DNA of 64,000 nucleotides from Candidatus Latescibacterota bacterium (GTDB lineage Bacteria; Latescibacterota; UBA2968): NCBI GenBank assembly GCA_965198115.1, contig OZ240241.1, positions 3,584,001 to 3,648,000 of the forward strand, read 5' to 3'. Shown piece by piece: positions 1 to 9,970 of this stretch (position 1 is its first letter; each line of letters starts with the position of its first letter). The notes under the pieces were generated by a model. It saw only the letters and a program-made list of their open reading frames with translations, ran no database searches and was not told where the DNA came from. The position numbers and the translations under genes were made by a program.

Positions 1-13
1 CACGACCGCGGCC

Positions 14-103
14 TCAAATCGCCGTTCCGGCCAGCTTCGCCAGGGCCCCGATCACCCGGTCGTGAATCTGCCCGTTGCTCACGACCACCCCCTGATTCTG
101 CCG
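14..103 (-). pseudogene. C-terminal remnant resembling 3'(2'),5'-bisphosphate nucleotidase / inositol monophosphatase family
   Basis: Minus frame reads RQNQGVVVSNGQIHDRVIGALAKLAGTAI*, similar to the family C-terminus. No room for the rest of the gene between it and the upstream CDS. Confidence 0.35.
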
Positions 104-153
104 CATCCGTGAATCGGCTCGAAAATCGCAACATCCGTTTCACGCACGTACAT

Positions 154-1047
154 CTACTTCGTGTCCACCGAGCGGTCGAGCCATCCGTGAAGCCCGATGT
201 CAGCCGACCGGCGCCACGCAGTCAAAAACAAGGATGCCGTAAATCGCACAGACTCCGTCGCACGCTCCTTCGCGAACTTGGAAACGGCTTCGTTCGGCTC
301 CCAGCCCTTCTGGCTGTAGCGAGGGAGTAGCTCTCCGAGCACGTAGGTATCTTCGACGAGCCCAAACCCGGTCTTGAACTGAGCCAGGATCGACGGCATC
401 AGCGAATCGGCAGCTGTGACCTCGATTCCCTTCGCCAGATCGGCCGGCGACATCTCGAAAAACTCCGGAAGGGCGTCCACTTTCTCGTGAATGCCTCGGT
501 GCACCTTCTCGCCATCAGGTCCGATACGACCGTTGAAGTGAATCGTCAGATGCAGCGGCTGACAAAGATCCTGCGCATAGTGTGCGACGAAGCCCGCGTA
601 GAGCAGGCACTTGCTCTGGATGTAGGGATTCTCCGGCCACTTCCGATGCTCGGCGAAGGCAACCGCAAGACGCTCGGTCCATTCGGCCAGGGCATAGGGT
701 AGAAATCCTACCTCCTCAGGCTTCTGGCCCAACTCGTGGCAGAGCGCGATGAAAGTGAAGCGATCGGTGGGAAGTGCTCTTCCGTCCAGCAGTTCCAGAT
801 CGAGGAAATGCTCACCGTGTTCGGCTGCCGATACGATCGGGGCGTCGCGGTTCTTCGAAATGTCCGGATCGTAGGACGCGTGGGCGACGCCCCTGGCGCC
901 CGCCCGAAAGAAGGCGGGCATTTCGTCCGGTAGGGCTGTGACGGCCGCCTGCGATAGAATGTCGTGGCCGCCCCCCCACCAGGCCGATGCCGAGGATGCA
1001 GTCATCAAAACGAACAGTGCTACGGCCAGCCTACGCTCACGAGGCAT
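154..1047 (-). CDS. Secreted S1/P1 nuclease / zinc-dependent phospholipase C-like protein
   Basis: Signal peptide, then mature N-terminal WWGGGH; HFLD, HYAQDLCQPLH and IHE zinc-ligand motifs. Confidence 0.8.
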   Translation of the reverse strand: MPRERRLAVALFVLMTASSASAWWGGGHDILSQAAVTALPDEMPAFFRAGARGVAHASYDPDISKNRDAPIVSAAEHGEHFLDLELLDGRALPTDRFTFIALCHELGQKPEEVGFLPYALAEWTERLAVAFAEHRKWPENPYIQSKCLLYAGFVAHYAQDLCQPLHLTIHFNGRIGPDGEKVHRGIHEKVDALPEFFEMSPADLAKGIEVTAADSLMPSILAQFKTGFGLVEDTYVLGELLPRYSQKGWEPNEAVSKFAKERATESVRFTASLFLTAWRRSADIGLHGWLDRSVDTK

Positions 1048-1260
1048 CCTTTTCTCCTTGACCCAGAGTATGAATCCGATTAGACTCTCAATGTATTCAG
1101 CCCGCGATGCGACCGAGCTCTCTGGGGAGTGTAGCTCGAATTCGTCCGCTGGCCGATCTCTCTCTTGGGCACCCCAGGCGCGACCTGCGGGTGCTTTGTT
1201 TTTGGGGCTCGGCCAAGGTGGAACTGGCCGGCACAGCCACTGTCAAAAGCCGCCACACCA

Positions 1261-1297
1261 GAAGGGCCATCCGTCCTACCTGTTCGGATGGCCCTTC
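1261..1297 (-). terminator. Hairpin downstream of tRNA-Sec (probable terminator or processing stem)
   Basis: 13-bp perfect stem GAAGGGCCATCCG/CGGATGGCCCTTC, 5 nt past the CCA end. U-tract is weak. Confidence 0.6.
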
Positions 1298-1302
1298 GCA
1301 CT

Positions 1303-1400
1303 TGGCGGAAGCGCATCGGAATCGAACCGATCCTGTGTGGTTCTAGCACACAACAACGGGTTTGAAGCCCGCGGGGGACACCAGTTCCCCTCCCGCTTCC
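1303..1400 (-). tRNA. selC: tRNA-Sec (anticodon UCA)
   Basis: Reverse complement GGAAGCGG...GCGGG-CT-TCA-AA-CCCGT...long variable arm TTGTGTG/CACACAG...ATCGG-TTCGATT-CCGAT-GCGCTTCC-GCCA. 98 nt, co-oriented with selAB. Confidence 0.97.
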
Positions 1401-1403
1401 GTG

Positions 1404-2499
1404 TCAGTCGGCTTCCATCAGTGCATCTTCGCGCGCCATCTGCTCCTTCTGCCAGCCATAGTCGACGTCGCCCTCGTAAAAGGCTTCGGGTGTTTCGATC
1501 GCCCAGAGCTGCTTTCTGATCAGCCAGTTCTTGGGATCGAGTCGAAACGCCTGCTTCAACTCGGCGATCGCTGCCTCCCGTTTCCCCTGGTCCAGGAGAA
1601 CGATCGCAAGCTGGAATCGCGCGTCAGCCTCCCGTTCTTCACCCGACAGAGGCTGGATCTTCGCGACCTCCCCTTCCTTCCAGGCGGCCGGCACCTCGCC
1701 CGTCTCCGCCCACGCCGTCAGCTCCGACCGGAACGTACCATCTTCGATGTTGACGGATCCGACGGAACGAACGAGTCGCCCGTCCTCGTCGACAATGATT
1801 GCGACGGGAACGAACTTCACGTTAAAGGCCTTTCCAATCTGATTCCGTTGATCCAACAGGGCACGATACGTTCCCCCCGCCTGTGTCACCCACGGGAGAG
1901 CAACGTCGGCGCCCTGCGCGTCCTGAGCGATGACCACGATCTCGACACGATCGCCATACGTTTGATAGAATCGCTGCCACCCGGGCAGCTGGCCACGACA
2001 TCCTCACCAGGACGCCCACATGAAGAAGACCGTTCGTTTGCCTTCGAAGTCGAACGACCGAACCGGCTCGCCCGTCGAGAGATCGGGCAACGTGAACTGA
2101 GGGGGACGGTCTCCTGCACCCAGCCCTGAGCTCGGCTTGTCCATTCCTACCGCATCCCCGTCTCCACGCCAGCTCACCTGGAGGGGCGGCCCCTACCTGA
2201 CCCAGGTCGACGTAGTCCACGCCATCCACTTCAATCAGATCTCCGTCAGCCAGTGGAATACACAAATCGCCCCGGCAGACCGAAAGCTGGTCCCCGCCTG
2301 GAAGGGGCTTCAGCTCCGAGCCCGTTGCCAAACAGAAGGCGTTCAGGTCAGCGTAGGTCTTTCCATCGCGCGTCGTTGCACGAATCGGTGTCTCAACACC
2401 GTCGATGGTTACAGCATCGTAGTCCATTGCGGACCCTCCTCCCGGCCACAGTAATAGAACGACCACGACAATCGCTCTGCTATAGTAGGACACGCACAT
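1404..2499 (-). CDS. Selenoprotein: N-terminal CRGDLC domain + TlpA/ResA-like thioredoxin fold with WASW-U-GC + C-terminal TPR-like region. Sec codon at 2004-2006; apparent 1-bp frameshift near 2183-2193
   Basis: The frame of ORF 1404..1937 extends upstream through one TGA: PQFTLPDLSTGEPVRSFDFEGKRTVFFMWASW*GCRGQLPGWQRFY. Lies between selB and selC. Start may be 2499 (signal-peptide-like) or the ATG near 2427. Confidence 0.88.
1973..2006 (-). promoter_or_regulatory. Bacterial SECIS-like hairpin
   Basis: UGA + 14 nt + GCUGCC-CGGGU-GGCAGC: 6-bp stem, G-containing apical loop about 20 nt from the UGA. Confidence 0.75.
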
Positions 2500-4375
2500 C
2501 GCCCTTTCGTTCCGTCACGCCCTCCGAATCGAAGAAGTTCAGAAGGGGAACAGCGTATTTTCGCGAGGTTCCGACCAGGTCCCTGAAATCCGACACCCCA
2601 ATTTCGCCACGATCGGTCGCGAACTGAACAAGCTTCTTACGAATCTCGTCGATCGTCTCCGAAGCGAACCACATCGACTCTTCGAGCCTCACCAGATCGC
2701 CCAGCGAGGCCATCGCATCCAATATCTGGTCCAGGTCGCCGTCACCTGCCGCCGACGCCAGCTCTACGAGATCGGGCGGCGACGCACCGGCCGCTCTTAG
2801 CGTCGTCAAAACCGACAGCCGCGTCGACTCCTGTTCAGGGCCGAACGTGACCACGTGGCCTGCTGCTCGCAGAACGGGGCCGTCCTTGACCACGTGGCCC
2901 GACGAAACGACCGCGTCGACCGCCCGTTGAACGAACGTCGGATCCGCATCGCGTCCAACAGCGGATCTGAGCGCACCTTGCGGCATCCCGGACTGGAGCG
3001 GATGCGAAACGTGATGCGCCGTCACGAGACGCTCGATGTCGGCCACCAGCCCATTCCAGTGCTCGGCAGCGGCGTAGCCGTCGTCCAGGCCGGGCACCAG
3101 CGTCGCCTCTTCGGCCTGCACCAGGTCAGCCAGATGCTGCTTGACGCGGTCGACCGACGTGCCCAGCTCCATCGCCAGCCCCGATGGTGTCGAAACGCTC
3201 CGTCGCGCCCGATCGAGGTAATGGAGCACAACCCGCGTCGGGTCATCCGTTTCGAGCTCGTGGAGTGCCGCGGTGACCTCGGAGCGCAGCCGACGATGTT
3301 TGACAGGTCTGGCATCCAGAACCACGCCACCACCCAGCGTCACGACGGGACTGAAACGCCGGATCACGAATCGGTCTCCCCGGGCGACCACCCCGGGGGC
3401 TTCCAGACGGAGCTGAACGAGCCCCGATTGGCCGGGCGATATCTCGTCCGTTTCCAGAGTCACGACCCTGGCCAGGACGTCTCGCGGCCCCAGGTGCAGG
3501 TGGACGCGGGCCCTATTCTTCACCGGCGACGCCTCCTCGAGCACCTCGAGACGCGCATCGATCATGTAGGTCGTTTCGAAGTGGTCGGGCTGGACCAGCA
3601 GATCGCCACGCTCGACATCCGCGACCTCCACCCCCGCAAGGTTCACGGCGACCCGTGCCCCGGCCACGGCCAACTCGACATCCTGCCCGTGCGTCTGAAG
3701 CCCCCGCACGCGCACCTGCTGTCCACCCGGCAAAAGATCGACCGAATCTCCATCAGTAACCTTACCGGAAACGACCGTACCAGTCACAATGGTACCAAAA
3801 CCACGGACCGAAAAGGCGCGATCGACCGGCAATCGAAACACGCCGCTGTCCGGACGCTCTCCGACATTCGCGATCTCCCGTTCCACGAGGTCACGCAGCT
3901 CGTCGATCCCCTCTCCCGTCTCGCTCGAAACGGGCACGATCGGCGCGTCGGCCAGGAACGTGCCTTCCACGAGATCGGGTAGCTCCTCCGTCACGAGTTC
4001 CACCCACTCCTCTTCGACCAGATCCGTCTTGGTCAGGGCGATGATGCCGCGTTCTACGCCCAGCAGATTCAGAATCCCGAGGTGCTCGTGCGTTTGAGGC
4101 ATCGGACCGTCGTCGGCCGCCACGACGAAGAGTGCCAGGTCGACACTACAGACGCCGGTCACCATATTTTTCACGAAGCGTTCGTGTCCGGGAACGTCGA
4201 TAAAGGTGACGTTGTCCTTCCAGTAGGCGAACCCGATATCGATCGTTACGCCCCGCGCCTTCTCCTCGGGCAACGTATCCGTATCGATTCCGGTCAACGC
4301 ACGGACGAGCGCCGTCTTGCCGTGATCGATATGACCCGCCGTTCCGATGATCACGTGGCGCACGGGTCGCTCCAT
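2480..4375 (-). CDS. selB: Selenocysteine-specific translation elongation factor
   Basis: GTAGHIDHGKT, DVPGHERF, C-terminal winged-helix motif TSRKYAVPLL. Confidence 0.97.
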   Translation of the reverse strand: MERPVRHVIIGTAGHIDHGKTALVRALTGIDTDTLPEEKARGVTIDIGFAYWKDNVTFIDVPGHERFVKNMVTGVCSVDLALFVVAADDGPMPQTHEHLGILNLLGVERGIIALTKTDLVEEEWVELVTEELPDLVEGTFLADAPIVPVSSETGEGIDELRDLVEREIANVGERPDSGVFRLPVDRAFSVRGFGTIVTGTVVSGKVTDGDSVDLLPGGQQVRVRGLQTHGQDVELAVAGARVAVNLAGVEVADVERGDLLVQPDHFETTYMIDARLEVLEEASPVKNRARVHLHLGPRDVLARVVTLETDEISPGQSGLVQLRLEAPGVVARGDRFVIRRFSPVVTLGGGVVLDARPVKHRRLRSEVTAALHELETDDPTRVVLHYLDRARRSVSTPSGLAMELGTSVDRVKQHLADLVQAEEATLVPGLDDGYAAAEHWNGLVADIERLVTAHHVSHPLQSGMPQGALRSAVGRDADPTFVQRAVDAVVSSGHVVKDGPVLRAAGHVVTFGPEQESTRLSVLTTLRAAGASPPDLVELASAAGDGDLDQILDAMASLGDLVRLEESMWFASETIDEIRKKLVQFATDRGEIGVSDFRDLVGTSRKYAVPLLNFFDSEGVTERKGDVRVLL

Positions 4376-5769
4376 TCGACATCGAGCACCCTCTGGATGG
4401 CGTCGGCGACTGCCTGCACATCGTCATCCGGCACGGTCCTCAGATCCAGATGAAGGGCATCGTCTCGAACATAGCCGACGACCGGTGGATTTCCCAGTCT
4501 CAGACGTCGCGCAAGCTCGCCCGCCGAGCAGCTCGACCGAACGATCACAGCCGCACTCGGGATCGTTTCGACAGGAAGCGCGCCGCTCCCTACCTGCGCG
4601 GCCGAATCCACGATGTCGACATCGCGGGTCCCGATCGCCGTCGCCAGACGTCCGGCCCGAGCCCGCACGGTCTCTACCGATTCGGTCAGCATACGCGTCA
4701 CCGGGTGACGTTCGGGCAGACGGCTCGCGTTCAGGAACAGCTTGAGGGTTTCCTCCAAAAGGAGATAGGTGATCTTGTCGCATCGGAGGGCTCGCATCAA
4801 AGGATTTCGTCGGATTCGCTCCAATGCGTCCCGCTTGCCGACCAGAATCCCGCATTGTGGGCCCCCAAGCATCTTGTCGCCACTGAACGTCACGACATCG
4901 GCTCCGGCTTCCACACTCTCGGAAGCGATCGGTTCGTAGGGCAACCCGAATGCTCGAACGTCGTGCAATACCCCGCCCCCGAGGTCGTGCAACACAGGGA
5001 CGTCGTGACGCGCACCGATCTCGACCAGATCGGACAGGGAAACCTCGGCCGTAAACCCTTCCACGCGAAAGTTGCTCGGGTGAACCGAAAGCAGGAGCGA
5101 TGTGGCGTCGGTGATCGCGGCCTCGTAGTCTCCGGCGTGCGTCCGGTTCGTCGTACCCACCTCGACCATTCTCGCGCCACTGCGTTCCATAATGGCAGGA
5201 ATGCGGAAAGACCCGCCGATCTCCACCAGCTGACCCCGCGACACGATCGCTTCGCCGCCCTCCGCCAGCGTGTTCAGCGCGATCAGGACGGCGGCCGCAT
5301 TGTTGTTCACGAGCGCGGCCGACTCGGCGTTCGTCAGCCGACACAGCAGCGACTCGACGTGGTCGATGCGGGACCCACGATCGCCCGATACCAGATCGTA
5401 CTCCAGATTGGAGTAACCCGAGGCGATCTCAGCAACTTTCCGCGCAACGTCTTCGGCAATCGGAGCACGGCCGAGATTGGTATGGAGAACCACCCCCGAT
5501 GCGTTGATGACACGTCGGAGACTCGGAGACATCAGTCGCTCGACACGTCGCTCGATGTCCTCGACGATCCGTGCTTCCAGGTTGCCCTCCGGGACGAACA
5601 CGCCTTCCCGAAGCCGATTGCGCAGGTCGGCTGCCGCATCGCGGGCCAGGTCGACCAAAATGGATCGGTCACAGTGAACGGATAGCGCGCGCACGGCCGG
5701 AAGATCGAGCAATCGATCTACACCGGGAATCTGCGAAAGAAGAGCCTGCTTGGGATTGGATGTGCTCAC
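4351..5769 (-). CDS. selA: L-seryl-tRNA(Sec) selenium transferase
   Basis: VINASGVVLHTNLGRA, NNNAAAV, SRGQLVEIGGSFRIP, FSGDKMLGGPQ. Start placed at GTG 5769 (approximate). Confidence 0.97.
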   Translation of the reverse strand: MSTSNPKQALLSQIPGVDRLLDLPAVRALSVHCDRSILVDLARDAAADLRNRLREGVFVPEGNLEARIVEDIERRVERLMSPSLRRVINASGVVLHTNLGRAPIAEDVARKVAEIASGYSNLEYDLVSGDRGSRIDHVESLLCRLTNAESAALVNNNAAAVLIALNTLAEGGEAIVSRGQLVEIGGSFRIPAIMERSGARMVEVGTTNRTHAGDYEAAITDATSLLLSVHPSNFRVEGFTAEVSLSDLVEIGARHDVPVLHDLGGGVLHDVRAFGLPYEPIASESVEAGADVVTFSGDKMLGGPQCGILVGKRDALERIRRNPLMRALRCDKITYLLLEETLKLFLNASRLPERHPVTRMLTESVETVRARAGRLATAIGTRDVDIVDSAAQVGSGALPVETIPSAAVIVRSSCSAGELARRLRLGNPPVVGYVRDDALHLDLRTVPDDDVQAVADAIQRVLDVEWSDPCAT

Positions 5770-5998
5770 GTCGAAGACCGAATGAGGATGCGGTAACTTC
5801 GTTTCGATGCTTGTCGACAAGGTCCATTGAGGACCGCAACGCCGACAAGCCCGTAAGTTACTATAAATCAACCGGATTCGCGGGAATCGGACCATTCGTC
5901 TCCCCACCGGCATCCGGGTCGTCCAATATCCTAATTTATCCTTCGGCGCAAAAAGGCGCAATCGCCTTGTCTCCCGGCAAAGCTCGCAAGTGCTTTAT

Positions 5999-6027
5999 TT
6001 GACAAGAATTTGGGCAAGTCGTATCTT
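5999..6027 (+). promoter_or_regulatory. Sigma70-type promoter for the galU-galK operon
   Basis: TTGACA-17 nt-TATCTT. Confidence 0.65.
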
Positions 6028-6100
6028 CTGCCTTGCGTGCGATTTTCCTCCGCAGTTCCCCTTCTGCGCCATACAATCTGTGCCCCTTCACGAGGATTTT

Positions 6101-6979
6101 TTGGAAATCCACAAAGCCGTCGTCCCGGTTGCCGGGATGGGCACCCGTCTGCATCCAACCACGCGGGCACTGCCGAAGGAAATGCTGCCCGTCGGACGGC
6201 AGCCCACCATCCAGCACGTAGTGGACGAACTCGCGGCTGCCGATCTTACGAACCTGCTCTTCATCACCACCCCGGCCAAAGCGATCATACAGCAACAGTT
6301 CGACGACGCGTCCAAAACAGACGGAAACGGGAAAGCATCCGGGCTGACCTACGACTTCGCCGAACAGCAGACACCGCAGGGATGGTCGAAACCCGGTGGC
6401 ACGGGTGCTGCGATCGCGATGGCCGAAACTTTCGTAGGCGAACAACACTTCGTCGTCGCCTACGGTGACACCATCATCAAATCCTCCTCGTCTCCGGTCT
6501 TTCTCGAGCGGATGGTGGCCATCCATCAAAGGGTCTCCGCGGACGTGACCATCTGTGTCCGCCCCGTGCCCGAGGCGATGGTACCCAGTTACGGCATCGT
6601 CCGACCGGCGCACGGGCAGGATTCGACCGCCGAGTATTTCGTCATCTCCGACATTGTTGAAAAGCCCCCGCTCGATCGGGCACCTAGCAACCTCGCCGTA
6701 AGCGCCCGCTACATCTTCAGCCCCGACATCTTCCCTCACATCCATCGCCTGGGTCCCGCTGAGGACACCGAGGTCGACATCACAGACGCCATTCGAACCC
6801 TCGTCGAAGAAGGCGGCAAAGTCTGTTGCGTGCCCCTCGCCCGTGACGAGATCCGCTACGACATCGGGAGCCACGAGGGCTACTTCAAGGCCTTCATTGA
6901 TTTCGCGCTCGAAGACCCGGACTGCGGCGACGCCATCAGAAACTACCTCGATTCTGTTACAAGTGGGTCGTCCGAATGA
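6101..6979 (+). CDS. galU: UTP--glucose-1-phosphate uridylyltransferase
   Basis: KAVVPVAGMGTRLHPTTRALPKEMLPV, VEKP, RYDIG. TTG start after a GAGGA RBS. Confidence 0.85.
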   Translation: MEIHKAVVPVAGMGTRLHPTTRALPKEMLPVGRQPTIQHVVDELAAADLTNLLFITTPAKAIIQQQFDDASKTDGNGKASGLTYDFAEQQTPQGWSKPGGTGAAIAMAETFVGEQHFVVAYGDTIIKSSSSPVFLERMVAIHQRVSADVTICVRPVPEAMVPSYGIVRPAHGQDSTAEYFVISDIVEKPPLDRAPSNLAVSARYIFSPDIFPHIHRLGPAEDTEVDITDAIRTLVEEGGKVCCVPLARDEIRYDIGSHEGYFKAFIDFALEDPDCGDAIRNYLDSVTSGSSE

Positions 6980-8544
6980 CGTCGATTGGCCTCCTCGAGG
7001 CCTCCGAGTGGCAGAGTCGCCTCGAGCAGAACACACCCGATCTTAAAACCCGCCTCCAAACGATCTACGGTCCCGACAGTGCGATTCAGGATGGGCGCAG
7101 GCGTCTCTGCCTCCAGGCCGTCTCCACCTTCATCGATCACTATGGTTCGGAGCGTGGAATTCTGATCTCGCGCGCGCCCGGCAGAATCAATCTGCTGGGC
7201 AACCACATCGACCATCGGGGCGGCTACCTCAACTATATGGCCATCGACCAGGACACGCTTCTGGTCGCGTCCCCCAACGATGACGACACCGTTCGTGCAC
7301 GCAATGCCCTGGGCGATCGGTTCGAGCCCTTCGAATTTCGCATTGGCGAACTCTTACCGGCGAAGGCCAGGCGGCGATGGCAAGCCTTCATCGAAGAGGT
7401 CGACCTCACACCACGCGTCTGGCAAAACTACATCCAGGCCGCCGTACTGTATCTTCAGGACCAGAACCCCGACCGCGAACTCAAAGGGATGGACATTTCG
7501 GTTCACGGGGATGTGCCGATCGCCGCGGGGCTCGCTTCATCCTCGACCCTCGTCGTCTCCGCCTTCCAGGCGTGCACCGCCTTCAACGGAATCGACATAC
7601 CCCCCGACGAACAGGCAGAGTTCTGCGGCGCGGCCGAGTGGTACGCGGGCACGCGTGGCGGGTCGGGCGACCACGCCGCGATGCTCTATTCCAAGCGCCA
7701 GGCGATCCTCCACCTCCGATTTTTTCCGCTCGTCAACACGGAGGTACCGTTCCCCGCCGGGTATCGGATCCTCGCGTGCAATTCGTGCGTCGAGCACGCG
7801 CCACCCGGTATCTTCAACGAACGCGTCGCCACCTACGAAATAGGCCTGATGATGCTGCGGAAGGACTTTCCCGACCGTCTCGCATCGGTTCAACACCTGC
7901 GCGACCTCGTGCCCGACGAGCAAGCGCTTACCACTCCCGACTTTTACGGAATGTTGAAAACACTTCCCGAGCGCGCATCCCGAAAAGAGATTCGAACCGC
8001 CCTTTCCAAACAGGAGGACCGCCTCGCCAGCCTGTTCGCGCCCCACCCGGAGCCCGAGGACGGCTACCGAATCCGTCAGGTGATGCTCTACGGCGTGGCA
8101 GAGTGTGCCCGGAGCGCGAAATCCGCCGATCTCCTTTCCGCCGGCCAAGTCGGGGCGTTCGGCGACCTCAAATACCTGTCCCACGACGGAGACCGGCGCT
8201 TCCGTTTTGACTCGAACGGCACCGCGACACCCGTCGAAAACCGCGTCACCGAAGAAATGGTTGAAACGCTGATCGAAACGAACGGCCCCGTCCACGCTCA
8301 ATCTGGTGGATACGACTGCAGTTGCGAGGAACTGGATCACCTCGTCGACATCGCGCAAAGTGTCGACGGTGTCGCAGGAGCGGGGTTGACGGGCGGTGGC
8401 CTGGGTGGGTGTGTCCTCGTCGTCGTCGAAGAAACCGCCGTCGATCGACTGACCGAAACCCTCCAGACTCACTTCTACGATGCCCGAGGTCTCGAGAGCG
8501 ATATGCTCGTCTGTAGCAGCGTCGAAGGCGCCGGGGTCTTGTAA
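6976..8544 (+). CDS. Galactokinase-like GHMP kinase
   Basis: APGRINLLGNHIDH, PIAAGLASSS, GAGLTGGGLGGC. Several residues deviate from canonical GalK, so the substrate is uncertain. Confidence 0.8.
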   Translation: MTSIGLLEASEWQSRLEQNTPDLKTRLQTIYGPDSAIQDGRRRLCLQAVSTFIDHYGSERGILISRAPGRINLLGNHIDHRGGYLNYMAIDQDTLLVASPNDDDTVRARNALGDRFEPFEFRIGELLPAKARRRWQAFIEEVDLTPRVWQNYIQAAVLYLQDQNPDRELKGMDISVHGDVPIAAGLASSSTLVVSAFQACTAFNGIDIPPDEQAEFCGAAEWYAGTRGGSGDHAAMLYSKRQAILHLRFFPLVNTEVPFPAGYRILACNSCVEHAPPGIFNERVATYEIGLMMLRKDFPDRLASVQHLRDLVPDEQALTTPDFYGMLKTLPERASRKEIRTALSKQEDRLASLFAPHPEPEDGYRIRQVMLYGVAECARSAKSADLLSAGQVGAFGDLKYLSHDGDRRFRFDSNGTATPVENRVTEEMVETLIETNGPVHAQSGGYDCSCEELDHLVDIAQSVDGVAGAGLTGGGLGGCVLVVVEETAVDRLTETLQTHFYDARGLESDMLVCSSVEGAGVL

Positions 8545-8546
8545 CA

Positions 8547-9914
8547 GTGAGGATAGCGATCGGCGGGCTCTATCAGGAATCGCACTCCTTCTCGCCCGCC
8601 CCGGCCGGTCACGACTGTGTTCCTCTGTCTTTTGCGGCCACGAACGCGTCCGGAATGCCCGTGCGCCGCGATTGCATCGAGACATTGAGCGCGGATCTTC
8701 TCGCGCGTCTGAAGGCTGCCCTCCCGGTTGACGGCGTCTTTCTCGCGATGCACGGCGCCACGGTTGCCGAGCATCGCGACGATCCGACCGGCCATCTGTT
8801 CTCAGAGATTCGGCAACTCGTCGGCCCCGGTGTCCCGATCGCCGCATCCGTCGACCTCCACGCCAACATCACGCGACAGATGGTCGCCGACGCCGTGGTG
8901 GGCTACCACACGGCCCCCCACATCGATCAGCGAGACACCGGTGCCCGGGCAATGCGCGCTCTTCTTCGCGCCCTCGACGGCACGCCGCTCACGGCTGCCC
9001 TGCGCCAAATCCCGATGATCGTACCCGGCGAGAACGCACGCACGACCGACGGACCCTATTCGGAGGTAATGGACGACGCCATCGCCCTGGAATCGCAGGA
9101 AGGCATCCTGTCCGCGTCGGTCTTTTGCGTTCAACCCTGGCTCGATCTTCCAGAAATGGGCTGCTGTAGCGTCGTCGTCACCGAGAACGATGAGGTCCGG
9201 GCGCAAGCCGAAGCCGACCGCCTGGCGCAGGATCTCTGGTCCCGGCGGCGCGCCTTCACGCCAGACCTTGTCCTCGTCGATGACGGCCTCACACGAGCCC
9301 TCGCTGACGATCGTCGACCTTATGTCTTTTCCGATTCTTCCGATGCGCCGAGCTCGGGTGCGCCCGGCGACAGCACGGTCCTGATCAAGGCGGTGCTCGA
9401 CCGGAAGATCGCTACCCCGGTCCTCCTGAACATCGTCGACGCAGCCGCGGTTGCTTTGGCCATTGACGTCGGGGTAGGAAATCAGTCACATTTCACCGTA
9501 GGTGCCGGGCTGTCCGATACCTTCTACGACCCCGTCTCCTTCGAAGCATCCGTTAAGACACTCTTCGACGGCAGCTTTCGATTCAAAGGAGCCGCCTCCC
9601 AGGGCGTTGAATTCCATATGGGGCGAACGGCCGTCCTCGTCTCCAACGGACTCCACCTCGTCGTGATGGAACGGCCCATCTTCCAGTGGGATCCCGAGCT
9701 TTACCGATGTGTGGGCCTCGAACCGACAGACGCGAAGATCGTCGTCGCCAAGTCCCCTGCTGCCTTTCGCGCGGCCTACAAGCCGTTCGCGGCGGAAATA
9801 TTGAACATCGACTGTCCGGGTGTGTGCAGCCCGAATCTCAAATCGTTTCCCTGGAAGCGGGTCACACGCCCGATCTATCCCCTCGATGACGACACCCCGT
9901 TCGACATCGACTGA
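8547..9914 (+). CDS. M81 / MlrC family metallopeptidase
   Basis: [39 protein letters not shown]. Confidence 0.88.
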   Translation: MRIAIGGLYQESHSFSPAPAGHDCVPLSFAATNASGMPVRRDCIETLSADLLARLKAALPVDGVFLAMHGATVAEHRDDPTGHLFSEIRQLVGPGVPIAASVDLHANITRQMVADAVVGYHTAPHIDQRDTGARAMRALLRALDGTPLTAALRQIPMIVPGENARTTDGPYSEVMDDAIALESQEGILSASVFCVQPWLDLPEMGCCSVVVTENDEVRAQAEADRLAQDLWSRRRAFTPDLVLVDDGLTRALADDRRPYVFSDSSDAPSSGAPGDSTVLIKAVLDRKIATPVLLNIVDAAAVALAIDVGVGNQSHFTVGAGLSDTFYDPVSFEASVKTLFDGSFRFKGAASQGVEFHMGRTAVLVSNGLHLVVMERPIFQWDPELYRCVGLEPTDAKIVVAKSPAAFRAAYKPFAAEILNIDCPGVCSPNLKSFPWKRVTRPIYPLDDDTPFDID

Positions 9915-9970
9915 CTTCGTCCCGACATCACGACTCAAGCACTCGAGCTGCGCTGAGAGAGGAGTCATCA

